Position numbers and translations under genes: made by a program
The notes under the pieces: generated by a model
What the model saw: only the letters and a program-made list of their open reading frames with translations
Told to the model about the DNA's origin: nothing
Databases searched by the model: none
Part shown: positions 39,868 through 51,399 of the stretch, piece after piece
How positions within the stretch are numbered: position 1 is the stretch's first letter
How the letters are laid out: each line of letters starts with the position of its first letter
NCBI GenBank assembly: GCA_963696385.1
Contig: CAVOKF010000005.1
Coordinates: 1,056,001-1,120,000 of the forward strand
Direction: 5' to 3'
Origin: an uncultured delta proteobacterium
GTDB lineage: Bacteria > Myxococcota_A > Polyangia > Polyangiales > Polyangiaceae
Length of the DNA stretch: 64,000 nucleotides

Positions 39868-41202
39868 CTATAGCGTCGCTGCTTGGGACCGCAATTGCGC
39901 GACGAAGTATCCGTCTGTCCCGTGCACGTACGGCAAGAGGCGGAAGCAAAACCGGTCGCGCCCTGCGGCCGCTACGGCCACGGGCGCTTCGAACGGAGAC
40001 GGAGAAAGCTCGGGTCGCGCACGCAGCAGGGCCTCGATGACGTCTTCGCTCTCCTCACGCAAGACGCTGCAGACGACGTACACGAGGGTGCCTCCGGGAC
40101 GCACGTGCCCGGCCGCGCGTGTGACCAGAGCAATTTGCGTGCTCGCCATGGACCCCAGGTCGGTCGGGTCGCGCCGGAGGGCGATCTCGGGGCGTCTTCG
40201 CAAGGTTCCCACACCCGAGCACGGCGCGTCGACGAGCACTCGATCGTAAAGGCCATTAACCTCGCCCGAGCCCGCACGCCAATCGACAGCGAGGGTGCGC
40301 CGGGCGCTCAGTCCGACTCGAGCGAGCTCTTCGCGCAGACGGGTCAGCTTGGCTGGGATCGCGTCGCAGGCGTCGACCGCGCCGCATTGTCCCACGGCGC
40401 GCGCCAGCAGCGCCGTCTTGTTGCCACGGCCCGCGCATGCGTCGAGGACGACTTCGCCGGCCCGCGCCCCGACGGCGAGCGCGGCAACCTGGGAACCTTC
40501 CTCCTGAACCGACCAGGCGCCATCCTGCCACCCCGGTAGTTGCTGAGGTTTGCCGGCCCCACGTGCCACGATGGCCATGGGCGAGATGCGCCCCTTCTCG
40601 AACCTCCCATGCGGCGCGGCGGTACCGAGCCGGTCAATCCACGCGTCGCGTTCGGAAGCACGCTCGACGCGGAGGCCGACCGCGGGCGGCTCGAGGCCGT
40701 AGCGGAGAAACGCGAGCGCCCCCTCCGTCGATAGCGTCCGCTCGAGCGCTTCCCGAAGCCAGATCGGGGTCGAGCCGATCAGCGCCTGCTCGCGGGCGTC
40801 GTCGCCAAGTGCCGGCACGCGCGCCGACAGTCTCCTCAGAACGGCATTCGTGAACGATGCGACGCGTTCTCCGCGCGCTGCGCGAGCAGCGGCAACGGCT
40901 TCGCTCACCGCAGCGAACGGCGGGATGCGCGTGAAGACCAACTGGTACGCCGCGACGAGGATGACCGCGCGGATACGCGCGTCGAGCTTGTGAAGGCCAC
41001 GGGGTGCGAAGGTCGCGATCTGCTCAAGGAGCCACGGCGCGACCCGCAGCGTCCCATAGACGAGTTCGGTAGCCAATGCGCGGTCGCGGGTCGCGAGCTG
41101 CACGTTGCGGGTGAGCTCGGATTCCAGCACGGCCGACGCGAACGCGGCTTCCCTTTCGACGCGCTCAATCACCCGCGTCGCGACGTCCCGGGCATCGCTC
41201 AC
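39868..41202 (-). CDS. rsmB: 16S rRNA m5C methyltransferase RsmB/Sun (NusB-like N-domain)
   Basis: ATELVYGTLR, VQEEGSQ, DACAGRGNKT, VLVDAPCSGVG, YVVCS, TDGYF. Confidence 0.9.
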   Translation of the reverse strand: MSDARDVATRVIERVEREAAFASAVLESELTRNVQLATRDRALATELVYGTLRVAPWLLEQIATFAPRGLHKLDARIRAVILVAAYQLVFTRIPPFAAVSEAVAAARAARGERVASFTNAVLRRLSARVPALGDDAREQALIGSTPIWLREALERTLSTEGALAFLRYGLEPPAVGLRVERASERDAWIDRLGTAAPHGRFEKGRISPMAIVARGAGKPQQLPGWQDGAWSVQEEGSQVAALAVGARAGEVVLDACAGRGNKTALLARAVGQCGAVDACDAIPAKLTRLREELARVGLSARRTLAVDWRAGSGEVNGLYDRVLVDAPCSGVGTLRRRPEIALRRDPTDLGSMASTQIALVTRAAGHVRPGGTLVYVVCSVLREESEDVIEALLRARPELSPSPFEAPVAVAAAGRDRFCFRLLPYVHGTDGYFVAQLRSQAATL

Positions 41203-42912
41203 GTCAAGAGTTCTCGAACTTGCGTCACGATGACGTCCCAGCGCCGTTCGACGTCGTTCTTGAATGCAACGAGCATCAAGAGAACGAGCATGATCATCCC
41301 GGCAAGGCTCGCCACCTCGCGCGCCCGCATCGGGAGCGGGCGTCGACGAGCCGCCTCGAAAACGAAGAACAACAGGTGCCCGCCGTCGAGGACCGGGATC
41401 GGCAGTAAGTTGATCATGCCGAGGTTGACCGAGATCAGAGCCATCGCCCAAACGAAGTAAGCGGCACCCTTGGCACCGGCTTGGCCGGCGATGTCGTACA
41501 TGGTGATGGGTCCACCTACGCTCGAGAGGGACACGCGCCCCTGGGCCAATCGAAGCATGCCGATGCCGATGAACTTGATGACGCTCGCCGTTTCTTCAAC
41601 GCCGTGCGCGAGGGCGTAGAGCACTCGGTGGGGGTTTGGCACGAGGCGGTCGGGCGCGATGGGCACCCAGTGGTCGGTCCGGAAGACGTAGCGCTCGTAG
41701 TGTTGGCCGAACTCGTCGTTCCATTGTTCTTTGCGCAGCTGAAAGAAGCCTCTCGTCAGCATTCCGTCGCGAATCCATCGAAGTTCGTGCATTCGGTCGG
41801 CGCCCGCGACAAGTTCGTCCTCCATCGGATCGCCAGAGTCTTTGGGGCGTGCCGTCCAGCGTCGTGATGCGGTCGCCCGGTCGCAATCCGGCCCGCCATT
41901 CGCTGGACGCCTGCGGCACGAACGCCACGTACATGTCCGCGTTCTCGATGCCGGTCCGATCGGCCACGTCGACGGCCCGCGCTTCGGCGTCGGGGGGCGG
42001 GGTGCTGCCCGGCAGCCGTGGCACCGGTGTCAGCTGGGCGACGCCCGGCTCGAGGACGGCGAGCTTGCAGAGGCCGCCGAGCGCGCTCGGGGCGTCGACC
42101 GGGCGCAAATAGCTGAGGACGACCTGATCGCCCCGGTTTTGAGCCAGCAGATCGACGAGATCGACGAACCGATCGACGCGACGCCCGTTGAGCGCTGTGA
42201 TGCGATCGAATGTTTGAAGCTTCGCATGCCCCGCGGGGGAGTCCGGCTGCGTTACGCCGATCACCGCCTCCGGGAACCTGGGGTCGATCCCAATTCGTCC
42301 CGTGTGCTCGACGATGTCGAGCTCCTTAACCTCCTTCTCGTCATCGGGCGTGACGATGACGTCGATTTCTCGGCCGTCTCGCTTCACCGTCAGGGTTACA
42401 GGAGTTCCGGCGCGCTGTGCGATCACGCGCTGCACCTCGGGGAAGCTTGTCACCTCGCTGCCGTCGACCCGCTCGATGCGGTCTCCGGGCTTGAGCTTTC
42501 CGTCGGCGGGTTTGCCCGGGATGACGACTCCCACGGTCGGCGGCAAGAACTGCTCATCCTCGAGGAACACCGAAGTGTACAGAGCGATGGGAAAAAGCAG
42601 ATTCATGGCCGGCCCGGCCAGAACGATGACGACGCGCTTCCAAAGCGCTTGAGCTTCGAATGTGCGGCTCCGCTCCTCCGGCAAGATCGGTTCGCTCGTC
42701 TTGCTCTCCTCGAGCATCTTTACGAACCCCCCAAACGGGAGCAGAGCGACGCAGTATTCCGTTTCCTTGCCGCGGAGTCGCAGGACTTTTGGACCGAAGC
42801 CGATCGAGAACGTGAGAACCTTAACGCCGAAGATCTTGGCGAAGGCGAAGTGGCCCGACTCGTGAATGAAGATCAGCGAGCTGACGAGCAGAACGAAATA
42901 CAGAAGGTCCAC
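41199..42912 (-). CDS. rseP: RIP metalloprotease RseP with PDZ domains (frameshift near 41827)
   Basis: HESGH, PFGGFVKM, AGPAMN in the 5' ORF; NLLPIPVLDGGH in the 3' ORF. The two join after removing one C. Confidence 0.9.
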
Positions 42913-43068
42913 GGCGATCCGACTGGGCAGCGGAGTAGCACACGGCCGCGGTGGTGCGCGTCGTGCGCCGCTCGGGAGGTTCGAGAGCGAATGACGCGGC
43001 CAAGCCATCGGGCCTTGCCCATTCGACCATGGGCGCTCGGACAGCGATCCGGCTCGGCGCCGGTCGCG

Positions 43069-43737
43069 TCAAAGACGCTCCGCGACGATGAGCCATTCGA
43101 TCGGACTCATAGCCTCCAGTCGAGCTTCCCAGAGCGGAGAGAACGTTTCGCGCCACTCGCTCGCTTCGAGAAGTCGAGTCTCGATCGACGTGCGCGCCAC
43201 CGCGTCTTCGAACACGCACGTCTGCGTTCCGGTACGCGTGACTCGCCGCTCGTCCGAGGGCGGGAAGGAGGATGCCGCGTCGAGCCATGCGGTCGCGGGA
43301 ACCTCCGCCAGGAACCGCCCGCCGCGCACGAGGACGCGACCGAGTTCGCGGACGAACCCGCTGACGGTGGCCTCGCCCGGCGGGTGCGCGAGCGTTCCGT
43401 GCAGGGCAATGGCGGCGCCGAACGTCGCATCGGCGAACGGCAGAGGCGTTTGCCAGAAGTTGGCCAGGACGAGGGGGATGGGGCGTGCTCTGCGGGCGCA
43501 GATCGCGAGCATCCGGGGCGAAACATCGAGCCCCGTCGGCTCGTATCCGCGATCGAGGAGCGCCGTGAGTTCGCGTCCAGGTCCTACACCCAGGTCGAGC
43601 ACCCGAGCTGGAGCCGGCGGCAATTCGCGCAGGATGCGGGTCATCCGACGCCGCGACTCGGCGGCCGGAAGCGCGTACACCCGGTCGTAGCGTTCAGCGA
43701 TCGCGTCGAAGAAGCGAGCGGGGTCGTCGACGCTCAT
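43069..43737 (-). CDS. Class I SAM-dependent methyltransferase
   Basis: FDAIAERYD, VLDLGVGPG, GLDVSPRML, LPFADATF, RVLVRGGRF. Confidence 0.85.
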   Translation of the reverse strand: MSVDDPARFFDAIAERYDRVYALPAAESRRRMTRILRELPPAPARVLDLGVGPGRELTALLDRGYEPTGLDVSPRMLAICARRARPIPLVLANFWQTPLPFADATFGAAIALHGTLAHPPGEATVSGFVRELGRVLVRGGRFLAEVPATAWLDAASSFPPSDERRVTRTGTQTCVFEDAVARTSIETRLLEASEWRETFSPLWEARLEAMSPIEWLIVAERL

Positions 43738-44951
43738 CGGGCAAGATCGCAATAGGCGAGGTAAAGCGCCTCGTGGATGCCTGCGAGCGCGATGGCCCGG
43801 CGGACCAGCCCCGCTCGCTCGCCATCGCTCCACCGGGTTTCCGGTCGTCGAGAGGCCCCGCGGCTGTGGGCGCGCCCGAGGAGCGCACCGAGATGAGCGA
43901 TCAGCGATTCGAGATCGCTCGTGTCGAGCCGCGCGAGATCGAGCTTGTCTTCTTGCGGCGCCAAGCGCCGAACCAAAATGGATCGACGGCCGATGCGCGT
44001 ACTTCCCATCATGCGCGGCGGGTGGGCAAGGCACTCGACCGTCGCGGTGCGCACGCGTTCGGCGGGTTCGAGGTTCGCGGGGGCTGCGAGATTCGCGCCC
44101 GATGGCTCGCCTTGCGACTTCATGTCGAAGATCCAGCCGCCATCGACGTCGCCCCTTCCCCGTACGAGAACGGCGACTCGCAGGCAGCCGAGGCTGCCCG
44201 TGCCGGCCACTCGAAACGCAGCGTCGATGACTTCAAGCGACTCGGGCGCCATGCGCGCGGCTTTGGCAAGACCTTTGGCGTACTGCCCGAACGCGCGCTC
44301 GCATTTCGCGCGCAACTTCCGCGTGAGCTCCTCGAAGCGATCGCTGCGGATGAATCGGCGTTGGCCTCGCACGACCTCCGTTCTCGCGTCGAGAAACGAC
44401 TTGCGCGAGCGCGTTCGAACTTTGTCGATGAGAGCCGTGACCACGTGCGGAGCCGACCCAGCCCGTCGACGATCGAACGCCGCGTCGACGTACGCATCGA
44501 CCAGGGCGTGGCAAAGCTCCAACGTGCGAATTCCGTTGAAACCGAATCCACGGGCACCGAGAACGGCGCTCGTCGCCAGCCGGAGGACGTCGAGCCGCCA
44601 CGGCGCCATCATGGCGTCGTCGAAGTCGTTCAGGTCGAAAACGATCGGCTCGTTCGCATGCGACCCTGGCGTCTCGCGCTTCGAGAGCGCCCCGGCGCGA
44701 TAAGCGCCGAAGTTTTCGACGTGCGCGTCACCGACCAGCCACCCCTTGCCGCGAGGGCCTTCGCGCAGCCAAGGGTCGCGCCCGAGCAGCTCGTAAAAGA
44801 GGGGGGCGGATCCTCTCAACAGACCCAGGGGCGAAGCCGTCATGCGTGCCGATTTGTGCGTCAGCAAATGTGGAAAGCGCGCGACGCGTGCTCGATCGAT
44901 TTCCAGCTGGCGATGAGCGAGGCGGATGGGGTCGACGGTCAACATTCGCAC
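43734..44951 (-). CDS. DUF2252 family protein (kinase-like)
   Basis: RMTASP...RGSA, GDAHVENFG, FDLNDFDD, RVAGTGSLG, LGRAHSR. Confidence 0.85.
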   Translation of the reverse strand: MRMLTVDPIRLAHRQLEIDRARVARFPHLLTHKSARMTASPLGLLRGSAPLFYELLGRDPWLREGPRGKGWLVGDAHVENFGAYRAGALSKRETPGSHANEPIVFDLNDFDDAMMAPWRLDVLRLATSAVLGARGFGFNGIRTLELCHALVDAYVDAAFDRRRAGSAPHVVTALIDKVRTRSRKSFLDARTEVVRGQRRFIRSDRFEELTRKLRAKCERAFGQYAKGLAKAARMAPESLEVIDAAFRVAGTGSLGCLRVAVLVRGRGDVDGGWIFDMKSQGEPSGANLAAPANLEPAERVRTATVECLAHPPRMMGSTRIGRRSILVRRLAPQEDKLDLARLDTSDLESLIAHLGALLGRAHSRGASRRPETRWSDGERAGLVRRAIALAGIHEALYLAYCDLAR

Positions 44952-45075
44952 GGGGCAGAAGGCCGGACGTTACCGGATCGGTCGGCCCGCCGTCGAATCG
45001 AGACGACTCGCCGACAGTGCCGCGTCCGCTGCATTTATGCAGCGGACTTCAGAGACGGGACACTAAAGTGATCCG

Positions 45076-46131
45076 GTGCCCCGGATCGCCCAAATACTCG
45101 AGCGCGGCGTTGCGGGCCCCCGGCCGTGGCACCGCGGCGTCTCCCGTCCGTGGCTGTGGACCTTCGGACGCAGCGTCGCGCGGAGACTGGAGTGGCCCCC
45201 GCACGTGCGCGTCGTTGCCGTCGGAGGTGCGACTCTCGGCGGATCGGGCAAGACGCCGCTCGCCATCGCCTGTGCGATGGAGCTTTCGGCCGTGGCTCGA
45301 ACGATCTTGGTGGGGCATGGCTACCGAGGTGCGGTTCGCCGCACTCGGTTCGTCTTGCCGAGCGACGCGCTCGGCGCGGTGGGCGACGAGGCGATCGTGG
45401 CTGCGCGCGACCTCGAGGCCTCGGGTCTGGGGGCGCGGGTCGTTGTGGGACCTACACGATCGGCGGCGATGGCGTGGGCCGCCGGCAAAGCGGACATCCT
45501 CGTGCTCGATGGCGTGTGCCAGACGGCGCCCACTCGAGCGTCGCTGGCGCTACTCGCCGTCGATGCCGCCAAACCATGGGGGAACGCGGCAGCCTTGCCG
45601 CCGTTCGGAGACTTGCGTGCGCCCGTCTCGATGTTGCTGGAGGCGTGTGACGCGATCGTGCCGATCGGGGATCGCGCCGGGCCGTCGCTCGGCTTCGCGC
45701 AACCGGGTCGCACGATGCCGATTTGGCCCGCCAGCGTGGAGTCGCGGGGTGCCTGGCTGCACGCTGGGCGCTCTAGCACCGCTCCTCGCTCGGAGCAGCT
45801 CCTCCTGTCCTGGGAGACCCTTCGGCCGTTGCGCGTGGGCCTCGTGACGGCGATGGCCAGGCCGGACCGCGTCGTCCGTGACTTGGCACTTCGCGGTGTG
45901 CGCCCGTGCGCGGTCGTGTGCGCGGCGGACCACGGGCCTGTGGGCGCCGGCGCCGTTCGCGCCTGCTTCAAAAGAGCGCAGGCGGAGCGCGTGGAGGTCT
46001 GGCTATCGACCCCGAAGTGCGCTTTGCACGTGGATGGCGCGAGGTTGGGGGCCCCGGTGGCGGTTCTGGAGTACGGTCTCGGACTGCCTCCCACGCTTGC
46101 GGCACTCCTTCGGGCGATCGCCCTGCCTTGA
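45076..46131 (+). CDS. lpxK: Tetraacyldisaccharide 4'-kinase (divergent)
   Basis: VGGATLGGSGKTP, GHGYRG, VGDEA, VLDG, LPPFGDLR, DH, TPKC. Confidence 0.75.
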   Translation: MPRIAQILERGVAGPRPWHRGVSRPWLWTFGRSVARRLEWPPHVRVVAVGGATLGGSGKTPLAIACAMELSAVARTILVGHGYRGAVRRTRFVLPSDALGAVGDEAIVAARDLEASGLGARVVVGPTRSAAMAWAAGKADILVLDGVCQTAPTRASLALLAVDAAKPWGNAAALPPFGDLRAPVSMLLEACDAIVPIGDRAGPSLGFAQPGRTMPIWPASVESRGAWLHAGRSSTAPRSEQLLLSWETLRPLRVGLVTAMARPDRVVRDLALRGVRPCAVVCAADHGPVGAGAVRACFKRAQAERVEVWLSTPKCALHVDGARLGAPVAVLEYGLGLPPTLAALLRAIALP

Positions 46132-46239
46132 CCGGCGGGGGTGCGAGCAATAGCCTCAATGCCTACGAGGCATTGCCCAGAATGCCCGCGGGCGGCTCTG
46201 CACGTCGCGCCGCAGCAACCGGATCGTGAGGCGACGCGC

Positions 46240-47145
<906 letters not shown>

Positions 47146-47169
47146 GTCCGCCTCTGCCGTCGCGGGCCA

Positions 47170-48483
47170 ATGACCGAACGACTCCCTGAAATCCGAATCA
47201 TGCCCCCAGGACCGGGGTCTCGTGCGATGGTCGCTCGCCTCGCTGCCGTCGAGTCACCGTCGGTCGACGCCAGGCGGGAAGCGCGCGCGCAAGCGAGCGG
47301 CTCGGATCAGACGGCGATTGTCTACGCGTCCGCGTCGGGGACCAACGTCCTGGACGTCGACGGCAATTGCTACGTCGACCTGGCCGCAGGCTTCGGTGCG
47401 TTGCTCCTGGGTCATGTGCCGGCCTCCGTAGCGCGCGCCGTCGAGGCGCAGGCAACCAGTCTTTGGCTCGCGCTCGGCGACGTCTTTGGGTCTGACGCGA
47501 AGGTCGCACTTTGCGAAAGGCTTGCGAAGATCCATCCGGCGCCGGGTGCCCGCGTCATGCTCGGATCGAGTGGGGCAGACGCCGTGACGGCCGCGCTGAA
47601 GACCGCGGTCATCGGATCCGGGCGCGGCGGCCTGATCGCGTTCGATGGCGCGTATCACGGGCTGTCGCACGGCCCTCTGGCCGCGTGCGGGCTGCGCCCC
47701 GAATTTCGCGAGCCGTTCTCGACGCAGCTCAACCCGCACGTGTGGTTCGCGCCCTATCCGGTCGACGAGTCCTCGCTCGATCGCTCGCTGCAGGTGGTCG
47801 AGGAGGTTCTTCGGCGGGGCGACGTCGGGGCCGTTCTCGTCGAGCCGATCCTTGGACGAGGGGGGTGTGTCGTGCCACCCTCCGGCTTTCTGCCTGCCCT
47901 TCGCGCGGCATGCGACCGGGCCGACGCGTATCTGGTCTGCGACGAGGTCTGGACCGGGCTTGGCCGTAGCGGGGCCTGGCTTGCGAGTGCCGATGCGGGG
48001 GTCGTCGCCGACATCGTATGTCTGGGCAAAGGCCTCGGCTCGGGACTGCCCGTGAGCGCTTGCATCGGCAGCGCGCGCGCCATGCAGGCGTGGGGCAAGC
48101 ACGGGGGCTCGACGATCCACACGGCGACCCACTTCGGCGCCCCTCTCGCGTGCGCCGCGGCAATCGCCACGCTCGACACGCTGCAAGCTCAGCAGCTGCC
48201 GGAGCGCGCGCGTGTCGTCGGAGAACGCTGGCAAGCGCTGTTGCGCGACCGGGTCGGAGGGCGAGGGGTGCGCGTCGTTCGTGGCCGCGGTCTGATGATC
48301 GGGGTCGAGATCGAGGGGGGCTCCGTCCGTGCTCTTCGCGTGGTCCGCCGCTTGTTGCAGCGCGGGTGGATCGTCTTGACAGGAGGAGCGGAGGGCGACG
48401 TGCTCACCCTCACCCCGCCGCTTACGGTCGATGAAGCTTTGCTCGAAGCCTTTGCCGATGCGCTGCGCACGTGCCTGGCATGA
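47170..48483 (+). CDS. Class III (omega/GABA-type) PLP aminotransferase
   Basis: DVDGNCYVD, SGADAV, AYHG, VEPILGRGG, DEVWTGLGRSG, GKGLGSG, RGRGLMIG. Confidence 0.92.
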   Translation: MTERLPEIRIMPPGPGSRAMVARLAAVESPSVDARREARAQASGSDQTAIVYASASGTNVLDVDGNCYVDLAAGFGALLLGHVPASVARAVEAQATSLWLALGDVFGSDAKVALCERLAKIHPAPGARVMLGSSGADAVTAALKTAVIGSGRGGLIAFDGAYHGLSHGPLAACGLRPEFREPFSTQLNPHVWFAPYPVDESSLDRSLQVVEEVLRRGDVGAVLVEPILGRGGCVVPPSGFLPALRAACDRADAYLVCDEVWTGLGRSGAWLASADAGVVADIVCLGKGLGSGLPVSACIGSARAMQAWGKHGGSTIHTATHFGAPLACAAAIATLDTLQAQQLPERARVVGERWQALLRDRVGGRGVRVVRGRGLMIGVEIEGGSVRALRVVRRLLQRGWIVLTGGAEGDVLTLTPPLTVDEALLEAFADALRTCLA

Positions 48484-49586
48484 CCCCGATCCAAGCCCGG
48501 AGCGAGTCGCTTCACCTCAGGGTGCGAGCGATCGTGCAGGCGTTCGAGCAGAGTCGGGCGGCACCCGAGCCATTCGATGCGCTCGCCGCCGACCTTGTCC
48601 GGTTTCAAGCCGCGACCGTCCCGGGCTACCGGCGCCTGTGTTTGTCTCGTGGCATCGATCCCCAGGCGGTCGTGCGAGCCGAGCAGGGACCCGCTGTGCC
48701 TACCGATGCGTTCAGGTTGGCGCGAGTCTTCGCCTTCGCCGACACGGACGCCGCGTTCGTGTTCCGGACGAGCGGCACGACGATCGGTGCGCGCGGCGCC
48801 CATGCCATGCGACACACCCGAACCTATGACGCGGCGGCACTCGCGTTCGGCGGGGCGATGCTCGCGCGCGACCTGACCCTCCCCGTGCCCGTCGTGACGA
48901 TCGCTCCTAGCGCGTCGGAGGCGCCCGATTCCTCGCTGACGCACATGTATGCCCTCTTCGCTCGTGAGTTCGGGCCGTCGAGGGCTGGCGAAATGACGTT
49001 CATCCATTCCGGGTCGTTGCAGGTCGAGGCGCTCAGGCAATGCGTTGCCGCGCTGCGCCCGGATGTTCCGGTCATTGTCCTTTCGACGAGCTTTGCCCTT
49101 GTACACTTGCTTGATGCCCTGGGTGAGGAGACTCTGGCCCTGCCCGCGCGAAGCCGCGTGGTGCAGACGGGTGGCTTCAAGGGAAAGTCGCGGGAGGTGG
49201 CGGCTTCCGAGCTCCGCCGGGGCCTGGCTCGGTGCTTCGCCGTGCACGAGCGGTCGGTCGTCTGCGAATACGGAATGACCGAGCTTTCGAGTCAGTTCTG
49301 GGAGGCCACCCTCGTCGACGAAGGGGCCGCGCCCGGGGTTTACTTCGAGCCGCCTTGGGCCCGCGTCGTCCCCGTCGATCCCGAGACGTTGGTGCCGGTT
49401 TCTCATGGGAAAATCGGGATTGCCCGGATCGAAGACTTGGCGAACGTGGATAGCGCCTGGGCCGTTCTGACCCAGGACCTCGTACGCCGTGTTGCCGGCG
49501 GATTCGAGCTCATCGGTCGCGCGGCAGGGGCGCCGATGCGGGGCTGCTCGATCGCTCTCGACGAGATGCTATCGGCGTCGCCATGA
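48480..49586 (+). CDS. LuxE-type acyl-protein synthetase
   Basis: FRTSGTT, QTGGFKG, EYGMTELSSQ, DLANV, TQDL, C-terminal GRA....RGCS; ATGA overlap with the aminotransferase. Confidence 0.88.
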   Translation: MTPIQARSESLHLRVRAIVQAFEQSRAAPEPFDALAADLVRFQAATVPGYRRLCLSRGIDPQAVVRAEQGPAVPTDAFRLARVFAFADTDAAFVFRTSGTTIGARGAHAMRHTRTYDAAALAFGGAMLARDLTLPVPVVTIAPSASEAPDSSLTHMYALFAREFGPSRAGEMTFIHSGSLQVEALRQCVAALRPDVPVIVLSTSFALVHLLDALGEETLALPARSRVVQTGGFKGKSREVAASELRRGLARCFAVHERSVVCEYGMTELSSQFWEATLVDEGAAPGVYFEPPWARVVPVDPETLVPVSHGKIGIARIEDLANVDSAWAVLTQDLVRRVAGGFELIGRAAGAPMRGCSIALDEMLSASP

Positions 49587-49605
49587 TTTGCGGCGGGTCC
49601 GCGTG

Positions 49606-50644
49606 ATGCGAACGCTCGACCAGCGGGTGGACGACGTGCGGCGGCTGCTGCGCGCCGCGCAGCGCGTGTACGACGCACGTGCGGCGATCGTTCCGCAAAT
49701 TGCGCGCTCGACAGGGCTGACGCAGGAAGGGGTCGAGCTTGGATTCGAATCGCTCGAGCGACAGGCATCCGATGCGGATCTGCGCACCCTGGTAGGGGGA
49801 GCCGGTGACGCAGAGCGGGTGCACGTCGTGCTCTCGGCGAACGCATTTGTCGCGCCACTCCGGGCTCTCGCCCTCGCTCGTGCCACGTCGACTCGGGTCA
49901 GTGTGCGCCCATCTCCAAGGGAACCGAACCTGACGCGTGCGCTCGTCGAGATGTCGGGCGACGACGCGATTGCGATAGTGGACGACCGCGACCTGTCTCG
50001 CGTCGATCGAGGCGAGATCCACGTGTACGGTCGCGACGAGACCATCGCCGCTGCGCGCGCATGCGCTCGCCCCGGTATCGTCGTCCGCGAGCACGGAGCG
50101 GGCCTCGGAGTCGCCATCGTCACACGCTCCGCGGCCGTCGAAGCCGCGGCCGAAGCTTTGGCGGTGGACATTGTTCTTTTCGATCAGAGAGGCTGCCTCA
50201 GCCCGCGCCTCGTTCTCGTCGAGGGCAATGCCGACCGCGGCGAGCGGTTCGCCTCGGCGCTCGACGAGCATCTCTCGGCATGGGGCCGTCGTGTACCCCG
50301 CGGCGCGCTCTTCGAAGCCGAGAATCGCCGATGCCGTCGTTTGGCGCGAGGCGCTGGCGTTTGCCGGCCGACTGTGGCGCGGTGCGTGTCACGACGTCGC
50401 GCTGGCGCCGCCTTCAGGTCCGCTGGCGATCCCGCCGCCGGGACGTTGCGTTCACGTGCTGACGGCGCGCTCGCTCCCGGATGTCGCGGCTCAAATCGCG
50501 CCCGTCGCTCGCTTCGTCGTCGCCGTTGGCACGGACGATCCGAGAGCGGTCGAGGGCGTGGCGGCGCCCGGCGCGCGAGTTTCTCTCTTGGGACGCATGC
50601 AGCGTCCTCCCCTGGACGGTCCGGTCAATCGCCGCCCATTTTGA
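49606..50644 (+). CDS. LuxC-type acyl-CoA/acyl-protein reductase (frameshift near 50323)
   Basis: VLSAN, VYGRDETI, HGAGLG, DIVLFDQRGCLSP, then after removing one A ...RVSLLGRMQRPPLDGPVNRR. Confidence 0.8.
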
Positions 50645-50745
50645 CGCCGACTGGGGCCCGGCTCATCCGTCCGTAGCGCGATTCAGCGCACCGGTCGGTC
50701 TCGCTTCGCTTCACACGCCCTATGTGCGCCCATCGGGCTTATCTC

Positions 50746-51399
50746 TTACGTGGCTTCGCGAGCCGTCTTGTTCGGGATGATCTGCACACGCCGTTGGGGC
50801 TCTTCGCCCATGCTCTCGGTGCGGACGCCTTGGATTTCGCGCAAGGCCATGTGAACGATCCGCCTCTCGCGCGCGCTCATCGGGTCGAACGTGATCACTT
50901 TGCCCTCGGTGGCCACCCGCTGGGCCAAGCGCCGCGCCATTTGCGCCAATTGGTCCTCGTGTCGCGCTCGGTAACCCTCTGCATCCACGATGATGTGCCG
51001 GCGCGATTCGCCGGGTCTCACGACGACGCGAGCCGTCAAATACTGGATCGCGTCGAGCACGTTTCCCTTTTTGCCGATGATGCGCCCCGCGTCGGGCCCT
51101 TCGAGCTCGATTCGGATCTCGTCGGGTGAGCCCTCGCCATCGTCTGGCGCGAGGTTCACCTCGACGCTCATCTGCATCGCTTTCACGAGTGTTCGGACGA
51201 AGGCGAGCGCCTTCTGGGTCTGCGCGTCGAGCGTCGACTCGTCGATCGCGGGAGTCGACTGCGGATCACGACCCGATCCGGCATCGGCACTTGGCCCCGG
51301 CCCGCTCGAGGGGCGTGGCGACGCCGAGGGTCTCTTCGATGACGCCAAATGAATGTCGGTCTTGGGCGGCTGCCCCGATCCTTGGTGCTCCTCAGACAC
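50746..51399 (-). CDS. jag: RNA-binding protein Jag/EloR (KH + R3H)
   Basis: IIGKKGNVLDAIQYL, DAEGYR, PMSARERRIVHMAL, TESMGEEPQR; downstream of yidC. Confidence 0.9.
   Translation of the reverse strand: MSEEHQGSGQPPKTDIHLASSKRPSASPRPSSGPGPSADAGSGRDPQSTPAIDESTLDAQTQKALAFVRTLVKAMQMSVEVNLAPDDGEGSPDEIRIELEGPDAGRIIGKKGNVLDAIQYLTARVVVRPGESRRHIIVDAEGYRARHEDQLAQMARRLAQRVATEGKVITFDPMSARERRIVHMALREIQGVRTESMGEEPQRRVQIIPNKTAREAT

Noticed and set aside
48480..50644. Bioluminescence (lux) operon
   Set aside because: No luxA/luxB luciferase, luxD or luxG in the window.
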